From a virus: 64,000 bases of DNA. Positions 9,614-16,706 of the stretch are shown piece by piece. The notes beneath the pieces were generated by a model. That model was given only the letters and a program-made list of their open reading frames with translations, searched no databases and was not told the DNA's origin. Numbering within the stretch: position 1 is the first letter of the stretch; each line of letters starts with the position of its first letter. The position numbers and the translations under genes were made by a program. Location of the stretch: positions 51,208 through 115,207 of the IMG/VR virus record IMGVR_UViG_3300008107_000014; one strand, 5' to 3'.

Positions 9614-10467
9614 TAAGTTCCCCACTCATTTTTAAATAACGGTACTTGTAGTCTGTCGCTATAACGTAAACCGTTTTTCATTGCTAGTAATGCTACATTC
9701 TTATTGTTTAATGCGTAGACACTTTCAACACCACCTACCGGCATTAGATAAACATGTCCTTTAAAGCCTGCTTTGCGATATGCGGCAATAGCACATTCGG
9801 CATCGGTAAAATCTTGTTCTGTGGCAATAACAAATTTCAAATATGCTGTACCGAAATTTTCGTATTCACAAACTACTTCTGGAAGAATTGCTTCTTCCCA
9901 TTTCTCTCCACTACATGGTAGTTTAGCACTTACGCTAAATGTAACTTCTCTAGCAAAATCCATGTTAGGCATTTGCCATTCTACCAGATATTCTTTAAAC
10001 TCTTCTGTTAGCTTTTGAGTGCCATTTGTTTCAAATGTAATCTCTTTCAAGCCTGACATCTTAGGGTGACTCAACAAGTCTGGATAAGCACGTTGCCAAC
10101 CCAGCAATGGTTCACCGCCTGTGATAACAAGATGCTCGTCCTTCCAATGATCTTGCGGAAGTATTTCCATAATTCGATCTACGATAGCATCACTTGTAAG
10201 CATTGGACTAAGATCCTTAAAACTAGGATGCCAGCTAGCATAGCTATCACACCCCGTAGAAACCAAAGGTAGTTCTTCATATTTGTTATATAGATATGCA
10301 ACTTCTGCAATATCTTCAGCTTCGTTGCTTAATTCACCACGACTCATGCCAAAACCTGCACATTTAAAGTTACAACCAAATGTGCGTAAAAACACAGAAG
10401 GCACACCCATGTAGCGACCTTCACCTTGAATGCTGTAAAACAGCTCTGCGATTTTAATTTTACTCAT
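9613..10467 (-). CDS. queE: 7-carboxy-7-deazaguanine synthase (radical SAM QueE)
   Basis: ELFYSIQGEG, FLRTFGCNFKC...GCDS, ITGGEPLL, ETNGT, YLMP, RLQV. Confidence 0.92.
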   Translation of the reverse strand: MSKIKIAELFYSIQGEGRYMGVPSVFLRTFGCNFKCAGFGMSRGELSNEAEDIAEVAYLYNKYEELPLVSTGCDSYASWHPSFKDLSPMLTSDAIVDRIMEILPQDHWKDEHLVITGGEPLLGWQRAYPDLLSHPKMSGLKEITFETNGTQKLTEEFKEYLVEWQMPNMDFAREVTFSVSAKLPCSGEKWEEAILPEVVCEYENFGTAYLKFVIATEQDFTDAECAIAAYRKAGFKGHVYLMPVGGVESVYALNNKNVALLAMKNGLRYSDRLQVPLFKNEWGT

Positions 10468-10473
10468 ACGTTA

Positions 10474-10647
10474 TTATACACTCTTTTTTGTTAAAGTCCA
10501 AGAGCCATCCTTGTTATCTGTCCAAACAAGTGTATCTCCTTCTTTCCAACCTGCTTGTTCTAATAGCTCAGGCGGAAATGTTATTATTGCATCGCCGGTA
10601 TCTGGATCTTCCTCAACCGGTACAGTCCATTTAGATAAGTTGTTCAA
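10474..10647 (-). CDS. AbrB/MazE/SpoVT-like small DNA-binding protein (57 aa, not in ORF track)
   Basis: TTG start after AGGAG. (M)NNLSKWTVPVEEDPDTGDAIITFPPELLEQAGWKEGDTLVWTDNKDGSWTLTKKSV fits the swapped-hairpin pattern. Confidence 0.7.
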   Translation of the reverse strand: MNNLSKWTVPVEEDPDTGDAIITFPPELLEQAGWKEGDTLVWTDNKDGSWTLTKKSV

Positions 10648-11092
10648 CAGTTACTCCTGATTTTTCCAGAAACGTGATACCACTGGTATCCCTATAAGTG
10701 TTCCGATATAAAACACTGCTAATACCACTTTGGTAGATAAGTTTGGCACAGTCCAAACATGGAGCATGGGTAATAAACATAGTAGCACCCAAACCAGATT
10801 CGTTAGATTTAGCCAGTTTGGCAATCGCATTTGTTTCAGCATGTAATACCTCGGGTCTAGTTTTTAACTCACCGGTGTTGACTAACTTACTGCCAACACC
10901 GTATTCGGTTTGAAATTCTGTTACTTCATATTCACAGTTATTATCCCAACCTGCTGGCATACCATTGTAGCCAATAGAGATAATCCTATCATCTTTGGCT
11001 ACGATTGCACCTACATGCAATCGCCGAGCATGACTAAGCTCTGCAAATGTCTCCGCAGTTTTCATGTATGCTTGTTTTAATTTTTGTTTCAT
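10631..11092 (-). CDS. dCMP deaminase
   Basis: VGA..IGYNG, HAETNAI, THAPCLDC zinc motifs. Confidence 0.9.
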   Translation of the reverse strand: MKQKLKQAYMKTAETFAELSHARRLHVGAIVAKDDRIISIGYNGMPAGWDNNCEYEVTEFQTEYGVGSKLVNTGELKTRPEVLHAETNAIAKLAKSNESGLGATMFITHAPCLDCAKLIYQSGISSVLYRNTYRDTSGITFLEKSGVTVEQLI

Positions 11093-11277
11093 TCGGGTAG
11101 GCTTGTAAAGCGTTGTTCAAAACTTTCTATATAGCAACTATATTCTCTAGGCTCAAGAACTTTGTCATCTCGATAATGAACCCATGTATGTCCATCAACT
11201 TCAACTACATGGATTACAATAAATTTTTTATCAGTGCCTGAACCCCAACGACTTCCTGGTAAAATTTCTTTCTTCAT
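11089..11277 (-). CDS. hypothetical protein (small beta domain)
   Basis: ATGA overlaps on both sides. Confidence 0.6.
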   Translation of the reverse strand: MKKEILPGSRWGSGTDKKFIVIHVVEVDGHTWVHYRDDKVLEPREYSCYIESFEQRFTSLPE

Positions 11278-11807
11278 TTTGTCCACCACTCCTCATAAGG
11301 AAATTCAATCCAAACATCTTCTTCGGCTTTGTTTACTTCCATGCCCCAATAATTCATTGGAGCTTTACATTTACTAGATAGATTATCTACAATAACTGCA
11401 AATCGAACATTGTTATTCCAAATTTCTTCCCATCGTTCGTCATTTGGAAAACAACCACTCGGCCAGTCTTCCATAATCCAGTTTAGTGTACTACCTTGAT
11501 CATTGATATCGTCTACAATAAGGATATTTTTTCTACCATCACCTGATGACATTGGGTCGTGATTGATATACCCAAACGCATCTTCTGCCATACCTAGATT
11601 ACTAACGCATTCGCCTCCGTCACGCAGACTAACGTCTAATGATTGCATGGGTACATTTAAGTAATGACTAATCATAACAGCAGGTAGTAGCCCGCCTCTA
11701 GTTAATCCCACAACATAATCAGGTTTCCAGTTGCTTAATGCAATATCTCTACAAATCTTATTGACTAGACCTTTAAAGTCGTCATTGTTAATTACTAACT
11801 TTTTCAT
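11274..11807 (-). CDS. purine (xanthine/guanine-type) phosphoribosyltransferase
   Basis: VVGLTRGGLLPAVMISHYL, ILIVDDINDQGSTL (PRPP loop), WIEFPYE are Gpt-like. Confidence 0.85.
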   Translation of the reverse strand: MKKLVINNDDFKGLVNKICRDIALSNWKPDYVVGLTRGGLLPAVMISHYLNVPMQSLDVSLRDGGECVSNLGMAEDAFGYINHDPMSSGDGRKNILIVDDINDQGSTLNWIMEDWPSGCFPNDERWEEIWNNNVRFAVIVDNLSSKCKAPMNYWGMEVNKAEEDVWIEFPYEEWWTK

Positions 11808-12252
11808 ATCTTTCCTTAAGGTACTGCTCGTGTTGCACCCACTTATTATTAACTAAAAATCCCCATTCTCTTTTTTGAGGACCCGGCATAAACAAAGTCC
11901 AAGCAGTTATTCCAGGAACCAATTCGATACGATGATAGCTGTGAGAACTGCATAAGCGGAAGTGACCAGGACCACGCCAATGCTTTGTTTCTCCAACCAT
12001 TTTGCCATATTCGAAATTAGGAGTGTATTCATAGTAACCACCTTTGAGTATTAGTGTAGCATACGGCCACGGATGATCATGAACATCATCTGGGTCGCCC
12101 TTTAAAAACTTATGTAGGAATATATTAAATGGAAATGTTTTCCTATCTTTTAGAAACAAGTAATAGCGTTCAAGATACGGCTCGTCGCATTGACGATCCA
12201 TAACAATACGCTTACGACCTAGCCGATCTAAAAGATTAAGAAACCATTTCAT
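11788..12252 (-). CDS. cupin-fold (metal-dependent dioxygenase-like) protein
   Basis: HDHPW..TLILKGGYYE ... HRIEL ... WTLF cupin motifs. Confidence 0.7.
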   Translation of the reverse strand: MKWFLNLLDRLGRKRIVMDRQCDEPYLERYYLFLKDRKTFPFNIFLHKFLKGDPDDVHDHPWPYATLILKGGYYEYTPNFEYGKMVGETKHWRGPGHFRLCSSHSYHRIELVPGITAWTLFMPGPQKREWGFLVNNKWVQHEQYLKERYEKVSN

Positions 12253-12467
12253 TCTACATCCTCACTAAACCACTCGTCTACCATATCCTCGGCTTCGTCT
12301 TGTGTTAATGCAGGAACAAATAACCTTGCTGGTTGTCCTACAGTATGTTGAATATTAAAACGAACAATGCCAGTTGGAATTTGATCAAAGTCTCTTTCTA
12401 CAATAAATTCTTGAAGATTCTTTGCACGATAGATTAAATGATCTGTTAGGTCTTTAGCTGTTGTCAT
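12249..12467 (-). CDS. hypothetical protein
   Basis: 72 aa, ATGA overlaps. Confidence 0.6.
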   Translation of the reverse strand: MTTAKDLTDHLIYRAKNLQEFIVERDFDQIPTGIVRFNIQHTVGQPARLFVPALTQDEAEDMVDEWFSEDVE

Positions 12468-13162
12468 CTTGGGGCAAACTCCTGTTGTAGTTTAATGTTG
12501 TCAAAGAATTCCTTCTTTGTATGAGGATCATTTTTAAATGTTCCTTTTAATACTGTAGTCTGTGTTAGACTGCTATGTGCCATGATGCCGCGATTTTCAC
12601 AGCAACCGTGTGTTGCTTGAATGTAAACTGCTACGTTCTCTGAGTCAGTAGCTCGGCTAATCTCGCGGGCGATGTCGTTACAAAGTTCCTCCTGGAGAGT
12701 ACCCCGTCTTGCACACCACTGTGCGATTCTTGTGTACTTGCTAAGTCCGATAAGTTTTTCGGCAGCAATAATACCAATATAAGCAACGCCAGCCACAGGT
12801 TGGTGATGATGACTGCACATACTACGCAGCTCACTACGAACAACCAACATGCCTTCATAACGGTCTTGCGAGTCATTTGGAAACGCTGTTGCATCTGGGG
12901 CTGCTTCATATCTACCTGCCATTATTTCGTTAAAGTACATTTTAGCAAGTCTACGTGCTGTGCCCTTGCTGTTGGGATCGTTTTCACGATCAATAAGGAG
13001 TGCGTCGAGAACGCCTTCGAATGCTACTGTTGCTTCTTCAATAAGATAGTTTTTATCAAACTCATCTTTAACGTATTCGCTGATATTGTCACCAGCCCAA
13101 AAACGTTTGTTATCTCTTTTCATGTTTTCGCGGATAACTTGCGATAGATTTTTTTCTGACAT
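12464..13162 (-). CDS. folE: GTP cyclohydrolase I
   Basis: TARRLAKMY, SMCSHH, GLSKYTRI, LQEEL, HGCCENRG. Confidence 0.95.
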   Translation of the reverse strand: MSEKNLSQVIRENMKRDNKRFWAGDNISEYVKDEFDKNYLIEEATVAFEGVLDALLIDRENDPNSKGTARRLAKMYFNEIMAGRYEAAPDATAFPNDSQDRYEGMLVVRSELRSMCSHHHQPVAGVAYIGIIAAEKLIGLSKYTRIAQWCARRGTLQEELCNDIAREISRATDSENVAVYIQATHGCCENRGIMAHSSLTQTTVLKGTFKNDPHTKKEFFDNIKLQQEFAPR

Positions 13163-13198
13163 ATTTTCTCCGAGTTAATGTCGAGGATGACTTAGTAG

Positions 13199-14293
13199 TT
13201 ATTTTAAGTTGTCTAGTAGTCGACTACAACTGAAAAAGTTCTCTCTTAAAACATCTACCTGTTTATTTAGGCTAGGTAGACGAGATTTATAATTTTCCAT
13301 GTGTGTGACAATTTCTCTACACACGTCCGGACGATACTTGTTATATGAGTTCCAGCTTTCTGTCCACTCACTAGGATACTTAAACACATCCATGGCCATT
13401 TCGCTGTAGCTTAATCTATCCGGAACCATTGGGATTGCATCTACGATTGCACCTTCATACCAGCTAATACCTAAGGTCTCTTGTAAGTTTGCGCTGAACA
13501 CTAACTTAGCTTCGCCTAATAAATTGTGATATTCACGTTTAGTTAATTGCTGTTCTTGACAGATGACAAATTCGTATTGCGGTAAATGTTCTTTTAGGTC
13601 ACGGAAAATTTCAACTTGTTTTTCTGGGGCAATGCGATGTGGAAATAAAATAAGATCACGTTTTTCCATGCCTTTATACATAGACAACGTATCTTCCATG
13701 TATTCCATAGGCCATCCTGTGCGTACTACTTTATTATTGAACACAGTATCTTCTATCACAGTCTTATACATTGTTTGTCTACGATCTGGATCTGCTTGGA
13801 TCAAGTTTTTGTAAAACATATGAATGTGAAAGTCAGTGGCAAAGTAGTTGTGATCAAACGCATAATAGAAACTCTTCTCAGCATGTCTAACCCAAGGTTT
13901 ATCTCCTACAAGCCGTCCTAGGAAGTCTTGAGGATCATAACTGCCCGCATGCCATAGACCGTGAGTAGTTACTGGAATACTCAATAACTCACTCATGTAC
14001 TTTAAGTTTATAATACCTGGATGCCAAGCATCAGTAAAAATAAAGTGATCGCCGGGATGAACGGCTCCGCTACAAAATAAACGGCCCATCTGCTCAACTT
14101 GACTAGCCTTGTATATATTAGTGCCGCCAAAGTTAAGAAACGCTCCCGGAGTGGTAGCACTAGGAATGTCCGTAGGACCTGATATAACGTTGACATTGTG
14201 TCCCGCCTTTCGTAAGAGTGCAGGCAAGTGGGTTTTCCACTCGCCTGTGTACCTTGTTTCAACTGCTTCTAAATCAACAAGGTATATCGACAT
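13199..14293 (-). CDS. GT-B glycosyltransferase, GTDC1/QTMAN-like C-terminal domain
   Basis: ILFPHRIAPEKQ, KREYHNLLGEAKLVFSANLQETLGISWYEG (E-x7-E), PMVPDRLSYSEM. Start MSIYLVD at 14293 (TAATG overlap). Confidence 0.8.
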   Translation of the reverse strand: MSIYLVDLEAVETRYTGEWKTHLPALLRKAGHNVNVISGPTDIPSATTPGAFLNFGGTNIYKASQVEQMGRLFCSGAVHPGDHFIFTDAWHPGIINLKYMSELLSIPVTTHGLWHAGSYDPQDFLGRLVGDKPWVRHAEKSFYYAFDHNYFATDFHIHMFYKNLIQADPDRRQTMYKTVIEDTVFNNKVVRTGWPMEYMEDTLSMYKGMEKRDLILFPHRIAPEKQVEIFRDLKEHLPQYEFVICQEQQLTKREYHNLLGEAKLVFSANLQETLGISWYEGAIVDAIPMVPDRLSYSEMAMDVFKYPSEWTESWNSYNKYRPDVCREIVTHMENYKSRLPSLNKQVDVLRENFFSCSRLLDNLK

Positions 14294-14523
14294 TATGAAC
14301 GTGTCCGATAGTGTTGCTGTCCTCGAGGTTTCCACTCCTTTCGTTCGCCATTACGATCATTACGATCGAAGTGTCGACGAGGGCGTTTAGATGCCTCGTA
14401 AGATTGCCAAACTTTACTCTGGCGGTTATACAAATCTGCCGGATTATAAGGCAGAAGTTCTAATCTGCAAAAATCCAACAGGGCGTCGAGATCGTTAAAA
14501 ATCTTCTCAACTTCAGTTTTCAT
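14293..14523 (-). CDS. hypothetical protein with Arg-rich C-terminus
   Basis: 76 aa, AAGGA SD. Confidence 0.65.
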   Translation of the reverse strand: MKTEVEKIFNDLDALLDFCRLELLPYNPADLYNRQSKVWQSYEASKRPRRHFDRNDRNGERKEWKPRGQQHYRTRS

Positions 14524-14538
14524 CGGTAGTTCCTTTAA

Positions 14539-14928
14539 TTAGTATTTGATGAATGAACCATTTTCTCCGTCTTCGGAGACCTCAATCCAAATCTCTCGAC
14601 CTGGATACTTATTGGAAATGCTGTCATATAAATCACCTGACATCATTTCACAACTCTTGTAATCTAGTTGTAGTGTACCTTCTTTGTAAAGGTTTTCCAA
14701 CCAGCGTTTAAATTGAATAAATTCAATATCGCGATCATCGTGTGTAACACTAATCCATACTTTGAAATGGAATGTGTGACGATGCGGATAACCTAGAAAA
14801 CTTACATCATATTCGTCGCCTGTAGCAAGATTAGGATCTGTAAGTGCTGCTGGATATTTGTGAATACCTTCTTTTTGCAAGGTAACCCAAATCATTTTGT
14901 TAGGACGAGTGTCTTGTCTAATAATCAT
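14539..14928 (-). CDS. dpdL: T-fold QueD paralogue, DpdL-type (predicted CDG decarboxylase)
   Basis: FLGYPHRHTFHF (L-x3-HRH-x-F) instead of the QueD C-x3-HGH motif, plus SCEMM and IEVSEDGENG T-fold motifs. A canonical QueD exists at 60745. Confidence 0.7.
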   Translation of the reverse strand: MIIRQDTRPNKMIWVTLQKEGIHKYPAALTDPNLATGDEYDVSFLGYPHRHTFHFKVWISVTHDDRDIEFIQFKRWLENLYKEGTLQLDYKSCEMMSGDLYDSISNKYPGREIWIEVSEDGENGSFIKY

Positions 14929-15152
14929 GATGCCAACAAACCCTTGCAAAGTTCTCCAATTTCTTCTTTAGTCATAAAGAAGTTATATGTACTTGCATGT
15001 TCTACGTTTCCGTCTTTATCAAGACATTCTTGAATAAAGTCGAGATTGTATAATCCTTTGGGACTAATTACTTCCCAAGTTTCTACACGCACTCTAAATG
15101 CACCATTATCTTTAATGGTAAAATTGTTAATTTTTAAACTTTCATGTAACAT
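14925..15152 (-). CDS. hypothetical protein
   Basis: 75 aa, translationally coupled on both sides. Confidence 0.6.
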   Translation of the reverse strand: MLHESLKINNFTIKDNGAFRVRVETWEVISPKGLYNLDFIQECLDKDGNVEHASTYNFFMTKEEIGELCKGLLAS

Positions 15153-15454
15153 TATCGTAATCCTTCCACTGTAATAATTTTGCTTAGTTCTTCGCCTAAG
15201 TCTTTATCATCCATTATAACATAAATTGCATTCTTATGTCTATCGTTTACGTTATCGTATTTGTTCAATTCAATAATAGTTCCACCAGTTGCCTTGTGTA
15301 CTTTAAAATTAAATCCGTGATTGTCTATAGTACGTTCACTGCTCATAGAGATGCCTTTGCTAAGTCTAGGTCGATTTACATGGATATCTTCTTCACGAAT
15401 TTTATCCCAGTCTTCGCGAACCCAGCGGACAATGATTTTTTTAAACCAGTTCAT
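15152..15454 (-). CDS. hypothetical protein
   Basis: About 100-aa ORF in the operon. Confidence 0.6.
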   Translation of the reverse strand: MNWFKKIIVRWVREDWDKIREEDIHVNRPRLSKGISMSSERTIDNHGFNFKVHKATGGTIIELNKYDNVNDRHKNAIYVIMDDKDLGEELSKIITVEGLR

Positions 15455-15989
15455 TTTCTTCAATACTCCATAGTTTTCCTTCAGATGATTCTTCTACATC
15501 AAACAGGCTGTTAAATTCATTGATCTGCATAGTTCGAATATCTAATCCCCACTTATGAAAAACTTTGTCTGCTAAAAACGAGTGTGAATATTGTTCAGAC
15601 GGTATTCCAAAAGGACAGTTTCCACTATTTGCGGCAGAATATGGTTGTTCTAATTCACATTTAGTAATCAATAAATTTGATGATGTTATTATGTTGTTAA
15701 TTGTGGTTAGTAATTCTTCTTCGGGAATTTTAAACATTTCGGTCTGTGATGAAATGTTATTGAGGTATTTGCCAGATTTATATATCAGGGCTTGTTTAAT
15801 CTTTGATTCCAATCTGCCTATATCTCTAGGTGCTCCGAAATAAACATGATTAAGACTAAACTCCTTAGAACAAAACTTTTGTCTAGCTCTAACAGCAGAA
15901 TACGGCGTCATAGCTACTCCAATCTTTTTCCAATTAGAGTCTCCGTTTAAATCGTCGTGTATGTAAAAGAAAAAACTTTTTTCGTTCAT
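15441..15989 (-). CDS. GIY-YIG / T5orf172-like nuclease
   Basis: FFYI...WKKIG..(P)..R, LESKIK, TEMF pattern typical of T5orf172/MUG113-type GIY-YIG. Confidence 0.6.
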   Translation of the reverse strand: MNEKSFFFYIHDDLNGDSNWKKIGVAMTPYSAVRARQKFCSKEFSLNHVYFGAPRDIGRLESKIKQALIYKSGKYLNNISSQTEMFKIPEEELLTTINNIITSSNLLITKCELEQPYSAANSGNCPFGIPSEQYSHSFLADKVFHKWGLDIRTMQINEFNSLFDVEESSEGKLWSIEENELV

Positions 15990-16537
15990 TTTAAAATCTC
16001 GTCCTTTCTATATTTGTCCCAGCTTGTAAACTTATCTCGTCCGAGCAAGTCGTGTAGGTTGTGACACCATACACCGGGATTAGTTGCATTAAAATCTTTG
16101 TCGTCTAACTTAATTGTAGCATTATACCCTAGCTGTTGCAAATAGGGTAGCTTTACTGAAATTTGCGGAATGAACTGTTGCTTCTCTACAAGTCCGCTTT
16201 CTAACAATCCTTCAACATCTCTCACGTCAAGATCTAATGTACACCAGTATCCTGCTTCAAGACAAACGTATATCATATCTTCCCACGGACGCCATGTGTC
16301 TACATCGTTAGTTCCATTAGGTTTAAAACTTTGATTAGCGCCAAAGTAGATATGTTTAATTTTTTTAGATTCGTCTACATATGACTTTGTATCATCAGCA
16401 ATATGCAATATTGTATACGGATCGTGAACGCCTACAACAAACAGTGTTTCCATTCCGTATGCAGGCGTAGTTTCAATTTCCTTACCTGTGAAGAAGGTAA
16501 TAGATTCGGCTTTGCCGGTATTATAATCTCGTTTCAT
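15986..16537 (-). CDS. conserved-looking hypothetical protein in the deazaguanine cluster
   Basis: 183 aa, alpha/beta pattern (TLFVVG, HIYFGANQSF, WCTLD, KLDDKDF..TNPGVWCH). Confidence 0.7.
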   Translation of the reverse strand: MKRDYNTGKAESITFFTGKEIETTPAYGMETLFVVGVHDPYTILHIADDTKSYVDESKKIKHIYFGANQSFKPNGTNDVDTWRPWEDMIYVCLEAGYWCTLDLDVRDVEGLLESGLVEKQQFIPQISVKLPYLQQLGYNATIKLDDKDFNATNPGVWCHNLHDLLGRDKFTSWDKYRKDEILK

Positions 16538-16704
16538 TTTGTCTTTCTAAAAAGATTTTTAATTGATTGAACTAGATTGTAATATCTAGCTTTATACGGA
16601 TCGCCAATAATTAAATCAATCATTGGCGGGTGGAGTGGACAGCGACCTTGTTTAAAGTCGCAGTCCGGAGTGTACTGCTTATTACAAACGGTACAATGTT
16701 TCAT
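16534..16704 (-). CDS. small Cys/His (zinc-binding?) protein, 56 aa, not in ORF track
   Basis: MKHCTVCNKQYTPDCDFKQGRCPLHPPMI...; fills the gap exactly, ATGA overlap with the next gene. Confidence 0.6.
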   Translation of the reverse strand: MKHCTVCNKQYTPDCDFKQGRCPLHPPMIDLIIGDPYKARYYNLVQSIKNLFRKTK

Positions 16705-16706
16705 AG

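Noticed and set aside
13163-13198. preQ1 riboswitch upstream of folE
   Set aside because: Only 36 nt with a 3-bp hairpin; no preQ1 aptamer consensus or A-rich tail.
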